64,000 nucleotides of DNA, taken from NCBI GenBank assembly GCA_947485745.1, contig CANKQY010000003.1, positions 13,747-77,746 of the forward strand, written 5' to 3'. Shown in pieces: positions 1 to 9,159 of the stretch. Under the pieces are notes generated by a model. That model was not told the DNA's origin, searched no databases, and worked only from the letters and a program-made list of their open reading frames with translations. A program made the translations under genes and the position numbers. The stretch comes from Bacteroidota bacterium. Lineage in GTDB: Bacteria; Bacteroidota; Bacteroidia; UKL13-3. The first letter of the stretch is position 1. Every line of letters begins with the position of its first letter.

Positions 1-1
1 T

Positions 2-145
2 GTTTATGATTTGCAAGGGAAGCAGCAGTTGAGCTCGATAAATAGTTTGGAAGTTGATATTTCTAATTTACCATCAGCTTTTTATTTGGTTAAAATAAGA
101 ACCAACAGAGGTATTTTGGTGAAGAAGATTGTTAAAAATTTATAA
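2..145 (+). CDS. 3' end of a secreted protein carrying a type IX secretion (T9SS) C-terminal sorting domain; partial, continues upstream of the window
   Basis: Frame 2 reads VYDLQGKQQLSSINSLEVDISNLPSAFYLVKIRTNRGILVKKIVKNL then stop at 143-145. It is the same kind of tail as the C-terminus of the 38023..39759 protein. Confidence 0.55.
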   Translation, partial: VYDLQGKQQLSSINSLEVDISNLPSAFYLVKIRTNRGILVKKIVKNL

Positions 146-165
146 ATATTGAAAAACCACAATAA

Positions 166-197
166 ATGACTAATTTTGTCAAGAATAAATTAGTCAT
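166..197. promoter_or_regulatory. Perfect 11-bp inverted repeat ATGACTAATTT(N10)AAATTAGTCAT just upstream of the HTH-Fic start codon; candidate operator
   Basis: Arms at 166-176 and 187-197 are exact reverse complements. The left arm overlaps a TAATTTTG -7 box and the right arm ends 3 nt before the ATG at 200. Confidence 0.45.
171..178 (+). promoter_or_regulatory. Candidate Bacteroidota -7 promoter box (TAnnTTTG) for the HTH-Fic gene
   Basis: TAATTTTG lies 22 nt upstream of the ATG at 200. The motif is short and can occur by chance in AT-rich DNA. Confidence 0.35.
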
Positions 198-199
198 CT

Positions 200-1252
200 A
201 TGAAAATACTTATTAAAAATGCTCGTCAAAAAAAGGGTTTAATGCTTAGGGAGCTTGCTCAATCTTTGGGTATTGATCAAGCATTGGTTAGCAAATTTGA
301 AAGTGGCACAAGAAAGCCAACAGAAGACCAGCTGGTTAAAATTGGGCAAATTTTAGATATAGATCTCAAAGAACTAAAGGTACAGTGGTTAAAAGAGAAG
401 ATTTTATATCAATTGGAAGATGAAGAATTTGCCATTGAAGCACTCATGATTGCGGAGCAGGAACTTAAAACAAGAGCTAAATCATTGGCTCCAATTAAAA
501 TTCCTAAAGCAATTAAACCCATCATAAACTCCATTGATAAATTACAAAAAGAGCTCAACAATTTGCGTCAATTTGATAGTTATCGAATTGCTCAAGCGTT
601 AGAGTTAGAATACACCTTTGAAAGTAACAGAATAGAAGGCAATACCTTAACTTTAAAAGAAACCGATTTGGTTATCAATGAGGGGTTAACCATTAGCGGA
701 AAGTCAATGAGGGAGCATTTGGAGGCAATTAACCACAAAGATGCAATTGTTTATATGAAACAATTGGCCGAAAAAAACGCCTTAATTCTTTCAAATGATA
801 TTTTGGGAATTCATCAATTGGTGCTCAGAGGTATAGATGAGGCAAATGCTGGTAAATATAGAGGGGTTCAAGTTTTGATTAAAGGTAGCCGGCATACGCC
901 ACCTCCGCCTTATTTGGTTGCAAAGCAAATGGAAGATTATTTTTTATGGTATCAATCTAATCGCAAGCAACTACACCCGGTTGTATTGGCTGCAGAAATG
1001 CATGAACGTTTGGTTACAATTCATCCATTCATAGATGGAAATGGTCGTACATCAAGGTTAATTATGAATTTAATTTTATTGCAAAGTGGTTTAGTAATTG
1101 CCAATATTAAAGGTGATGGTAAAAGCAGGATGGCCTATTATAATGCTCTTGAAGAAGCTCAAGTTACAGGTAACAAAGAGGCCTTTATTATATTGGTTGC
1201 CAATTATGAATTGTTTGCTTTGGAGCGTTACCTAAAAATTCTTGGAGGGTAA
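200..1252 (+). CDS. Fic/Fido-domain protein with N-terminal XRE-type helix-turn-helix (predicted AMPylase-type enzyme, class II auto-inhibited architecture)
   Basis: The N-terminus RQKKGLMLRELAQSLGIDQALVSKFESGTRKPT is an XRE HTH. The Fic active-site motif HPFIDGNGRTSR is at 1022-1057. An inhibitory-helix motif S-N-R-I-E-G, matching (S/T)xxxE(G/N), is at 623-640. Confidence 0.9.
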   Translation: MKILIKNARQKKGLMLRELAQSLGIDQALVSKFESGTRKPTEDQLVKIGQILDIDLKELKVQWLKEKILYQLEDEEFAIEALMIAEQELKTRAKSLAPIKIPKAIKPIINSIDKLQKELNNLRQFDSYRIAQALELEYTFESNRIEGNTLTLKETDLVINEGLTISGKSMREHLEAINHKDAIVYMKQLAEKNALILSNDILGIHQLVLRGIDEANAGKYRGVQVLIKGSRHTPPPPYLVAKQMEDYFLWYQSNRKQLHPVVLAAEMHERLVTIHPFIDGNGRTSRLIMNLILLQSGLVIANIKGDGKSRMAYYNALEEAQVTGNKEAFIILVANYELFALERYLKILGG

Positions 1253-1260
1253 TTAACTAA

Positions 1261-2493
1261 TTATAAAGCAATATCAATTTCGTTTTGCAAAAGGTCCTCA
1301 AATGTTTCTCTTTTTCTAATGATATGCGCCTGGTTATTCCAAATAAGTACTTCTGCCGGTTTGAACCTAGCGTTATAGTTACTACTCATGGTAAATCCAT
1401 AAGCTCCAGCATTTTTAAAACAAAGGATATCTCCTTCGTGCACTTCGCTTAATTTTCTATCCCAACCAAAAGTATCTGTTTCGCAGATATAGCCTACCAC
1501 GGTATAGATTCTTTGTTTTCCTTCTGGATTACTTAGGTTGATAATTGAATGGTAAGAATCGTAGAGCATTGGTCTAATCAAATGATTCATGCCGCTATCT
1601 ACTCCTACAAATACCGTTGCTGTAGTTTGTTTTAGCACGTTTACTTTTACCAAAAAGTAACCAGATTCACTAACAAGAAATTTACCTGGTTCAAACCATA
1701 ATTCTAAATCTTTGCCATACTCTTTGCAGAATTCTTGAAAACGTTGCGACAATGCGGCGGCTAGTTCTTCAATATCGGTAGTGATATCATCCTCTTTGTA
1801 ACCCACTTTAAATCCTGATCCAAAATCAACAAATTCTAAATCAAGGAAATCTTTTGCGGCATCAAATAAAATTTCTGCACCTTGTAAAAAAACACCGGGA
1901 TCAAGAATGTCGGATCCAGTATGCATATGCAAGCCGTTTACCCTGATATTGCTCGATTTTACGACGCGAGCTACATGTCTTAATTGGTATACTGAAATGC
2001 CGAATTTAGAATCGATGTGGCCTGTTGAAATTTTGGTATTTCCTCCAGCGAGAATATGCGGGTTAATGCGAATACAGCAAGGAATAGTATTGCCATATAA
2101 ATGGCCAAATTGCTCTAGGATAGAAATGTTATCTATATTAATGTGAACGCCTAATTTAACGGCCTCTTGAATCTCTTCAATGCTCACACAATTTGGGGTG
2201 AAAATAATTTCTTTGGGATCAAACCCAGCTCGCAAACCTAATAGCACTTCATTGATAGAAACGGTATCTAATCCGCTACCATGTTGTTTCAATAATTTAA
2301 GGATAGATGAATTATTTAATGCTTTGCAAGCATATTTAACCTTAATGTTTAAAGGTTTAAACGCATTGATTAAACGATTGTATTGCTCAATAATTTTATT
2401 ACCATCATAGACATATACTGGTGCGCCAAACTGATTTGAGATTTCGATTAAATTAATACCTGAAGCGGTATACTTTCCATTCACTACTTCCAT
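1261..2493 (-). CDS. lysA: Diaminopimelate decarboxylase
   Basis: Orn/DAP/Arg decarboxylase fold motifs are present: KYACKALNN (PLP lysine), HMHTGS, DFGSGFKV, GYICETDTF. I start at the internal Met MEVVNGKY (2493); the 17 extra N-terminal residues of the tracked ORF look non-native. Confidence 0.9.
   Translation of the reverse strand: MEVVNGKYTASGINLIEISNQFGAPVYVYDGNKIIEQYNRLINAFKPLNIKVKYACKALNNSSILKLLKQHGSGLDTVSINEVLLGLRAGFDPKEIIFTPNCVSIEEIQEAVKLGVHINIDNISILEQFGHLYGNTIPCCIRINPHILAGGNTKISTGHIDSKFGISVYQLRHVARVVKSSNIRVNGLHMHTGSDILDPGVFLQGAEILFDAAKDFLDLEFVDFGSGFKVGYKEDDITTDIEELAAALSQRFQEFCKEYGKDLELWFEPGKFLVSESGYFLVKVNVLKQTTATVFVGVDSGMNHLIRPMLYDSYHSIINLSNPEGKQRIYTVVGYICETDTFGWDRKLSEVHEGDILCFKNAGAYGFTMSSNYNARFKPAEVLIWNNQAHIIRKRETFEDLLQNEIDIAL
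1358..1367 (+). repeat. Iterated decamer copy GGTTTGAACC
   Basis: Exact match, followed by TA. Inside lysA, where the sense strand reads R-F-K-P. Confidence 0.95.
1688..1697 (-). repeat. Iterated decamer copy (GGTTCAAACC on the + strand)
   Basis: Exact match inside lysA; the sense strand reads tGG TTT GAA CCa (W-F-E-P). Confidence 0.95.
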
Positions 2494-2530
2494 ATCCTGC
2501 GAAAATAGGAAAAAAAATGTAATTAGCAGT

Positions 2531-2647
2531 TGGCTTCTGGCCACTAGCTTTTAATAATTTCGTAAAATAGAAAATGTATATTCTGGCTTCTCAAAATGTA
2601 AATATATTTAAATCTTGAAAAGCTAGAAGCCAGTAGCCAGAAGCCAG
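2531..2647. repeat. Cluster of CTGGCTTCT-type words in inverted arrangement in the htrA-lysA spacer
   Basis: TGGCTTCTGG is at 2531-2540 and CTGGCTTCTC at 2583-2592 on the + strand. AGAAGCCAG is at 2625-2633 and CAGAAGCCAG at 2638-2647 (reverse complement). CTAGCTTTT at 2544-2552 pairs with AAAAGCTAG at 2618-2626. Confidence 0.5.
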
Positions 2648-2657
2648 CGGTTAAAGG

Positions 2658-4106
2658 CTAAAGGCCAAATGCGTAATAGCCTTTGCTGCCGTTGGGGTTG
2701 ATGCCTTCTACTAACACACCACCTTTGTGGTTTTCGAGGTTTAGTTTAACATCGGTTATTGTGCCAATTGGTTTTTTATCAATACTTGTAAGCACAAATC
2801 CATTTGGGATACCTGCTTTTTTGAGTGGACTTTTTTCTCCTATGGATTTAATGCGCACACCATTTGGAATTTTCAATTTTAGTCTTTCTTCTCTTGGTAT
2901 ACTTTCAAATTCACAATCTAAAATTTTGTTACTTTCTATTTTTTCTACCATTGCAACATTGGCTTTGCCATCTTTATTTTTTAGCGTTGCAGTGAATTCT
3001 AATTTATTTCCTTTACGCAAAATGCCTACCAACACTTTATCGCCGGGACTTTTCTTACCTACTTTTTCTTGTAATTCATTGCTGGTATTTACATTTGCTC
3101 CATCAATGGAAATTATAACATCCCCATCTTTGATGCCTGCAGCAGCGGCAGCAGAATTTTCATTTACTTTAGCTACAAAAATTCCTTTCACATCTTTTAA
3201 TCCTTCCTTTTCTGCTAATTCGTTGTTTACATCTTGGATTTGAACGCCTAATAATCCCCTTTGAACCTCTCCATATTTCATTAAATCATCAATCACTTTT
3301 TTCATGAGGTTGGAAGGAATGGCAAATGCATATCCGGCATATTGCCCAGTTTGACTGGCAATTGCTGTATTGATGCCAATTAATTTGCCCTCGGTTGAAA
3401 CAAGTGCACCACCACTATTTCCTGGGTTAACGGCTGCATCTGTTTGAATAAATGCTTCAATGGCATACTGCGTTTCTTGATTTCGTGGGTCGCGAATTAG
3501 GTTCAAACCGCGACCTTTAGCACTAACAATACCTGCTGTTACGGTTGATGTTAGGTTAAAAGGATTACCAACTGCTAAAACCCATTGACCAATTTTTACC
3601 TCATCGGAGTTGCCTATCACAGCGAAAGGAAGGTTTTTTTCTTCAATGCGAAGGATTGCTAGATCGGTATTTCTATCTCTGCCTAATAATTCTGCATCGT
3701 ATTCTCTTTTGTCGTTTAAGATTACTTTTATTTTGTTAGCACCGTCTATCACATGATTATTGGTTACAATATAACCATCGCTTGAAATGATTACCCCAGA
3801 GCCAGAGCCTTGTCTTTCCATTTGCGGACCTTCAAAGCCGCGAAAGAAGCCTCCAAATGGGTCGTTTTCTGCACTACCTTGATTTTGATTTGGACCTATG
3901 GTAGTAATAATATGTACTACAGTTGGGGTAACCAATTCGGCAACGGCTACAAAATCTGGGTGGGAGGCATCTTGAATACTGGCATATTTTGCCAAATAAT
4001 TACTGGTGAATTTTACTTCTTCTTTGTTGCTGATTAATTTGTTTAAGCCAACGGCAATAAGTCCTCCAAGGGTTGCTATTGCGATTATTCCTAAGTACTT
4101 TTTCAT
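2658..4106 (-). CDS. htrA: Periplasmic serine endoprotease, HtrA/DegP/DegQ family, with two PDZ domains
   Basis: There is a signal/anchor sequence and the catalytic triad contexts TNNHVI (His), DLAILRI (Asp) and GNSGGALV (Ser). The C-terminal half is PDZ-like (GLLGVQIQD..., GDVIISIDG). Confidence 0.9.
   Translation of the reverse strand: MKKYLGIIAIATLGGLIAVGLNKLISNKEEVKFTSNYLAKYASIQDASHPDFVAVAELVTPTVVHIITTIGPNQNQGSAENDPFGGFFRGFEGPQMERQGSGSGVIISSDGYIVTNNHVIDGANKIKVILNDKREYDAELLGRDRNTDLAILRIEEKNLPFAVIGNSDEVKIGQWVLAVGNPFNLTSTVTAGIVSAKGRGLNLIRDPRNQETQYAIEAFIQTDAAVNPGNSGGALVSTEGKLIGINTAIASQTGQYAGYAFAIPSNLMKKVIDDLMKYGEVQRGLLGVQIQDVNNELAEKEGLKDVKGIFVAKVNENSAAAAAGIKDGDVIISIDGANVNTSNELQEKVGKKSPGDKVLVGILRKGNKLEFTATLKNKDGKANVAMVEKIESNKILDCEFESIPREERLKLKIPNGVRIKSIGEKSPLKKAGIPNGFVLTSIDKKPIGTITDVKLNLENHKGGVLVEGINPNGSKGYYAFGL
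3500..3509 (-). repeat. Iterated decamer copy (GGTTCAAACC on the + strand)
   Basis: Exact match inside htrA; the sense strand reads GGT TTG AAC CTA (G-L-N-L). Confidence 0.95.
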
Positions 4107-4174
4107 TGATATTATTTTTTTTAATTTTTATTTTCAAAAATCATTCCAAGTTCAAAATGACAGATTTTTTAAAA

Positions 4175-4182
4175 TATATTTG
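4175..4182 (+). promoter_or_regulatory. Candidate -7 promoter box (TAnnTTTG) for the 4220 ORF/dapF unit
   Basis: TATATTTG lies 38 nt upstream of the ATG at 4220, in the divergent htrA/4220 spacer. Confidence 0.3.
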
Positions 4183-4219
4183 TTAAACGAAATAGGCAAC
4201 GACAAATTTTACCAATAAA

Positions 4220-5146
4220 ATGACCAAATTTGCCGTTGCTGTAAGTTCAGTAAAAATGCAATTTTCAAACTACAAACACCAATATTATTTCGAAAAATAT
4301 CTCAGAAATGAGATGGAAGGAGAGGAGTTAGCTTCTTTTGAGGCGAAATTAGTTGATAATGAAAATTTTAAAAATAGTTTTGAATATTATAATACCAATC
4401 GTCAGAAAATAGTTGCTGAAGAATTGGCAGAATATGACGTGGAGGATATTTTAAAGCCTAAGCCACAAAAAGGAGGCTGGGTTTTTACGGCAATCTCGTT
4501 GCTTTGTTTGGTGTTGATTGTTGATTATTTTTTGTCGGCAAATTATTCTGAAATTTTGTCAGAAAAAAAAATGCGCAAACCTTTAATAGAGAAGATTAAT
4601 TTTTTTAAGCGCAAAGAAAAGACTGAGGAACCAAGTGAAACTTTAAAAGAGGTAAATAAAAAACCCACATCTGTAATAAAATTTGAAGCGTATAGAGAGG
4701 ATAGTTCATTACAAATTGAGGAAGTTGATTCTCAGTTTAACCAGTCATTAAATGGCAATAGGTTGGCCGTTCAAGGAGATTATTTTGTAGCAGATTCTTT
4801 GTTTAAAGTGCTAGAAAACCACCAAATTACTGAACGCAGAGATGCCATGCGAATAAAAACAGATAGTTTGTTAGACGATAGTACTATAAATATTTTAGTA
4901 ATGAAGGGCTTTTTTAAAAATCCATCGTTACTATCTAGGCAATTATTGGTTGAATTTTGGGCATCCCCAATTCACTTCAGGGGTTATTTATTTAATGGTA
5001 AAAAGCTATTAATTTATGGGTTTGATCCAATTGCCCCTTTATATTTAAGTTACCTAAGCGAAAATAATACCTACCATATATTTATAGGCAGCAAAGAATT
5101 TCATTTATTTCCAGACAATCAATTTCACAAGTTAGTTTTAGAATAA
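4220..5146 (+). CDS. Hypothetical single-pass membrane protein (anti-sigma-like N-terminus, no partner sigma factor nearby)
   Basis: One hydrophobic span is WVFTAISLLCLVLIVDYFL. The N-terminus YLRNEMEGEELASFEAKLVDNENF resembles anti-sigma N-terminal helices. The start could instead be the Met at 4256. The stop overlaps the dapF ATG (TAATG). Confidence 0.5.
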   Translation: MTKFAVAVSSVKMQFSNYKHQYYFEKYLRNEMEGEELASFEAKLVDNENFKNSFEYYNTNRQKIVAEELAEYDVEDILKPKPQKGGWVFTAISLLCLVLIVDYFLSANYSEILSEKKMRKPLIEKINFFKRKEKTEEPSETLKEVNKKPTSVIKFEAYREDSSLQIEEVDSQFNQSLNGNRLAVQGDYFVADSLFKVLENHQITERRDAMRIKTDSLLDDSTINILVMKGFFKNPSLLSRQLLVEFWASPIHFRGYLFNGKKLLIYGFDPIAPLYLSYLSENNTYHIFIGSKEFHLFPDNQFHKLVLE

Positions 5147-5946
5147 TGCACTTTAAAAAATACCAAGGAACAGGTAATGATTTTGTGATAATAGATGATA
5201 GGGAACGAGTTTTTCCTTTTAGTGATATTGAGTTGATTGGACAGCTGTGCAACAGAAGATTTGGCATAGGTGCAGATGGATTGATTTTGCTTCAATACAC
5301 ACCTGATGGGCAATTTTACATGCAATATTTTAATAGTGATGGCAAAGAAAGTAGCATGTGTGGCAATGGTGGCAGGTGTTTTGCGCAATTTATTTTTGAT
5401 TTAGGGTTAGCAACTGATGAAGTGATGTTTTACGCAATTGATGGAAAACACATAGCTAAAAAAGATGTTTTGTTGCATGAGGAAGCTGTAATTGCCTTGC
5501 AAATGATTTCTGTAGGTGCTGTAAAAGAATTGGGAATGGGTGCTTATGAGTTAAATACAGGGTCGCCTCATTATGTAAAATTTATGGAAGAGCCAATAGC
5601 TGAGATGGCTTTGGTTGAGGAGGCTAAAAAAATTAGGTATAATACTATTTATAAAGAAAAGGGCATCAATATTAACTATTTGAACCTAATGGGATTACAA
5701 GAGGTTAAATTAAGAACTTATGAGCGAGGTGTGGAGGATGAAACATTATCTTGTGGCACCGGAGCTACAGCTGCTGCCCTTTCTACTGCGCTATTTAATC
5801 AACTACCTGCTGGTAACCACCTGATAAATGTTGAGGTAATGGGAGGTAATTTGACTGTGAAGTTTACTTTTAACCCCAATGAAAAGCGTTTTGAGGATAT
5901 TTGGTTGGTTGGTTCAGCCAAAATGGTTTTTTCTGGGGAAATTTAG
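5146..5946 (+). CDS. dapF: Diaminopimelate epimerase
   Basis: KYQGTGNDFVIID is present, with the two catalytic Cys contexts NSDGKESSMCGNGGRC and ETLSCGTGATAAA. Confidence 0.9.
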   Translation: MHFKKYQGTGNDFVIIDDRERVFPFSDIELIGQLCNRRFGIGADGLILLQYTPDGQFYMQYFNSDGKESSMCGNGGRCFAQFIFDLGLATDEVMFYAIDGKHIAKKDVLLHEEAVIALQMISVGAVKELGMGAYELNTGSPHYVKFMEEPIAEMALVEEAKKIRYNTIYKEKGININYLNLMGLQEVKLRTYERGVEDETLSCGTGATAAALSTALFNQLPAGNHLINVEVMGGNLTVKFTFNPNEKRFEDIWLVGSAKMVFSGEI

Positions 5947-6022
5947 GTAATAAAAAACTCACTTTTTACTTGACTTCTGTTTTTCTTTTCACCTATCTTG
6001 CCTAACTTAATGTGTAGTGTAA

Positions 6023-9000
6023 TTGATAGTTGTTAATACCCAACCGTTCGCTTTAATTTATTCTTTGTTTCAGCACCCAATTTTGGGGTTGTTATTAGAG
6101 CCGCATGTGGTTCAGATGAATGGCAAAGGGGCATTTACGCTCACTCATCAGCGGGTTTTTTCAAAAACAGTTGATTATTTTTCGAAAAACATACATTCGG
6201 AGGACCTCGAGCTAATAAAGATTTTAGATGAGGTGGATGATGATTTTATTTTTAAACGATACAATAAAGAAGTAAAGCGTAAAATAAGAACGGCTGAATT
6301 TTTCTCAAAATACTGCAGTAAAGAAATGGTGGAAGATCAAATTCGTCCGTTTATTGACGAGCGGATGAATCAAGTGTTTCAAATTTTGAGAGGAAGAACT
6401 ATCTATAAAAATGGAAATGACAATAATCCTACCTCAGTTAAAATAACCATTGGGGAGGTTCAGGCAAACATTTGGTTTCATTTTAAAAATAGTCCAGAAG
6501 GAATTAGGTATTACCCAACCTTGCGTTACAAGAATCAGAAAGTAGAATTTATTTATAAAGGTGCTCAAATTGTTTCAAAAACTCCTGCTTGGTTGCTTGT
6601 TGAAAACATGCTTTATGATTTTGAAAAGAATGTAGATGGTAAAAAATTATTGCCATTTATGAGCAAACGTTATATACAAATTTCTAAAAAATCTGAGGAA
6701 ACCTATCTAAGTAAATTTGTATTGCAACTGGTTGAAAAGTATGATGTGCGATCAGATTGTTTTAAGATACATACTCAGCCATCTTTTGGCAGAGCGGTAT
6801 TGAACATGCAAAATTTATTTGAGGATGAGGTTGCATTGAGGTTGCAGTTTAATTATTCGGGAATATTGTTTGACTACAATTCTGAACAGGAGGTTCATGC
6901 TCAATTATTAAAAGTTGGAGAAGAATATGCTTTTAATAAGGTTGCACGCAATAGGAAATGGGAAGATGGCAGGATGCGAGCATTATCGAGCATGGGTTTG
7001 GTTCATTCGCATTCTTGTTATTTTGTTTTGCCATCAGCAACCATTAAAAAGAAGCAAGATGATTTTTTAGGCATAGGATCATCAGATAAATATGTTTTTT
7101 TAGATTGGTTAAATACGAATTTTGAAAATTTAAAATCACAAGAAATTGATGTGGAGCAAGACCAATCACACGCAAGATTTTACATTGGCCCACGCGAGTT
7201 AAAAATAGAGGTAAAAGAGCAAAGAGATTGGTTTGATGTTCAGGCTGTAGTTCAGTTTGGGGATTATTCTTTTCCATTTATTTCGCTCAGAGAATATATC
7301 TTAAAAGGTAAGAGGGAGTTTATTTTGCCCAATGGTTTAATTGCAATTATTCCAGAAGAGTGGTTTGGAAACTTGAGTGGCGTGCTTGAATTTAGTACCA
7401 GTGATGATGACATTAAAATTGAAAAGCATCATATAGGGTTATTGGAAGAATTATCTCAAGGGGCAGGCCGGTATCTAAAAATCAATGAGAAGCTGCAGAA
7501 GATGATGTCGTATGGGGCGCTCAGAGAAATGGAAATGCCTAAAGAATTTAAAGGCACTTTAAGGCCTTATCAAAAAGCTGGATTTGATTGGTTTTATTTT
7601 TTAAAAGACAATCAATTTGGAGGGTGTTTAGCAGATGATATGGGTTTAGGTAAAACCATTCAAACTTTGGCATTGATTCAAAAGGAAAAGGAGCTTTATT
7701 TGGCTCATGTTGCAGCACAAAAAGCTCCTGAAATAAATACACCACAAATTTTAGAACCTGCCATTTTTACTGAGCATCCAGGAGTGCAATTGAGTATTTT
7801 CGACCAGCAAACTTTGGCCAATCCTCATCAGAACAAGTTATTGTATATGCAATCTGGCGGGGTTGCCCATCATAGCTTTAGCAAATCGGCAACTTTTGCT
7901 GCTAGTAACGAAACATTCATTAAAACCTCGCTTATCATTGTTCCAAATTCATTGGTTTATAATTGGGTGAATGAAGCACGAAAATTCACCCCAGGATTAA
8001 GGGTATTGGTATATACTGGAATTAATAGGATTAAAAATGCCAAGTACTTTGCAAAATATGATTTGGTGGTAACTACCTATGGAACGGTTAGGGTTGATAT
8101 TGATATTTTTAAGGAGTTTAAATTTAACTATGTAATTTTAGATGAAAGTCAGGCCATAAAAAATGCTCAGTCTCAAGTTTCAAAAGCGGTTAAATTATTA
8201 TATTCGAGTAGGAAATTGGTGCTCACTGGAACTCCGATAGAGAATAGTGTTCAAGAGTTATGGAGTCAGCTCTCTTTTGTTAATCCTGGATTGCTAGGAA
8301 GTTTACAAACTTTTACAGAACGTTTTGTACAGCCAATTGAAAGGCAAAAGGATTTAATGAAAGTTAGGCAGCTTAGAGCCATTATTAGCCCATTTATTTT
8401 AAGAAGAACCAAGGATCAAGTGGCCACAGATTTGCCTGCAAAAATGGAGCAGGTGGTATATTGTGAAATGAGTGAAGAACAAAGTGAAGCCTACGAAAAA
8501 GTGAAGTCGTATTACCGCAATGAAATCATTAAAGTAATTCGTGATATGGGGGTGAACAGGTCGCAATTTACCTTATTGCAAGGCTTAACGAAATTAAGGC
8601 AAATAGCAAATCATCCTTTGCTCGTAAACCCCGAATACGAAGGTGAAAGTGGCAAGTTTAAAGAGGTAACTTATATGGCGCAAACGGCATTGGCAGAAGG
8701 ACATAAGGTACTTATGTTTTCTCAGTTTGTTAGTCAGCTAACAATTTACAGGAAGTGGTTCGAATCGCAACAAATTCCTTATTGTTATTTAGATGGATCA
8801 ATGACCAATGATGCGAGGCAACAAATGGTTAATAAATTTCAGGATGGTAAAACGCCATTTTTTTTAATTTCACTAAAAGCAGGTGGGTTCGGTTTGAACC
8901 TAACCACTGCAGATTATGTATTTTTACTTGATCCATGGTGGAATCCTGCAGTTGAGCGTCAGGCAATAGATAGGGCGCATAGAATTGGGCAAACGCAGAA

Positions 9001-9157
9001 TGTTTTTATCTATAAATTCATCACCAGAGACAGTGTAGAAGAAAAGATATTAGCACTTCAGGAAAAAAAGAAATTACTTGCAGATAATATTATAGAAACA
9101 GATGAATCTATTATGAAGCAAATTGATGTTGAAGAAATAATGGATTTGTTAAATTAA
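6023..9157 (+). CDS. SNF2-family DEAD/DEAH-box helicase/translocase with a large N-terminal region of unknown function
   Basis: Helicase motifs found: [59 protein letters not shown]. The tracked start is TTG and the true start is uncertain. Confidence 0.9.
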   Translation: MIVVNTQPFALIYSLFQHPILGLLLEPHVVQMNGKGAFTLTHQRVFSKTVDYFSKNIHSEDLELIKILDEVDDDFIFKRYNKEVKRKIRTAEFFSKYCSKEMVEDQIRPFIDERMNQVFQILRGRTIYKNGNDNNPTSVKITIGEVQANIWFHFKNSPEGIRYYPTLRYKNQKVEFIYKGAQIVSKTPAWLLVENMLYDFEKNVDGKKLLPFMSKRYIQISKKSEETYLSKFVLQLVEKYDVRSDCFKIHTQPSFGRAVLNMQNLFEDEVALRLQFNYSGILFDYNSEQEVHAQLLKVGEEYAFNKVARNRKWEDGRMRALSSMGLVHSHSCYFVLPSATIKKKQDDFLGIGSSDKYVFLDWLNTNFENLKSQEIDVEQDQSHARFYIGPRELKIEVKEQRDWFDVQAVVQFGDYSFPFISLREYILKGKREFILPNGLIAIIPEEWFGNLSGVLEFSTSDDDIKIEKHHIGLLEELSQGAGRYLKINEKLQKMMSYGALREMEMPKEFKGTLRPYQKAGFDWFYFLKDNQFGGCLADDMGLGKTIQTLALIQKEKELYLAHVAAQKAPEINTPQILEPAIFTEHPGVQLSIFDQQTLANPHQNKLLYMQSGGVAHHSFSKSATFAASNETFIKTSLIIVPNSLVYNWVNEARKFTPGLRVLVYTGINRIKNAKYFAKYDLVVTTYGTVRVDIDIFKEFKFNYVILDESQAIKNAQSQVSKAVKLLYSSRKLVLTGTPIENSVQELWSQLSFVNPGLLGSLQTFTERFVQPIERQKDLMKVRQLRAIISPFILRRTKDQVATDLPAKMEQVVYCEMSEEQSEAYEKVKSYYRNEIIKVIRDMGVNRSQFTLLQGLTKLRQIANHPLLVNPEYEGESGKFKEVTYMAQTALAEGHKVLMFSQFVSQLTIYRKWFESQQIPYCYLDGSMTNDARQQMVNKFQDGKTPFFLISLKAGGFGLNLTTADYVFLLDPWWNPAVERQAIDRAHRIGQTQNVFIYKFITRDSVEEKILALQEKKKLLADNIIETDESIMKQIDVEEIMDLLN
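8891..8900 (+). repeat. Iterated decamer copy GGTTTGAACC
   Basis: Exact match inside the SNF2 helicase motif V; GGT TTG AAC CTA (G-L-N-L). Confidence 0.95.
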
Positions 9158-9159
9158 GT

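Noticed and set aside
2494-2657. Possible lysine riboswitch (L-box) in the lysA leader.
   Set aside because: The region is only ~160 nt and is dominated by CTGGCTTCT-type inverted words and AT-rich sequence. I could not find the conserved L-box helices or loop motifs.
2683-3243. Long antisense ORFs inside well-supported genes, for example the 186-aa ORF opposite htrA, the 211-aa ORF at 26973..27608 opposite dnaJ, and the 100-110-aa ORFs opposite GH97 and the T9SS cargo gene.
   Set aside because: Each lies entirely within a CDS with strong family motifs on the other strand. Their translations are low-complexity (Ser/Leu/Phe/Pro-rich) with no motifs. They are typical shadow ORFs in AT-rich DNA.
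200-9157. HTH-Fic plus SNF2 helicase considered as parts of a defence island (DISARM/BREX/toxin-antitoxin-like).
   Set aside because: The two genes are separated by lysA, htrA and dapF (housekeeping). There is no methyltransferase, nuclease, PglZ, phospholipase-D or antitoxin partner gene. The SNF2 gene looks like the common stand-alone Bacteroidota type.
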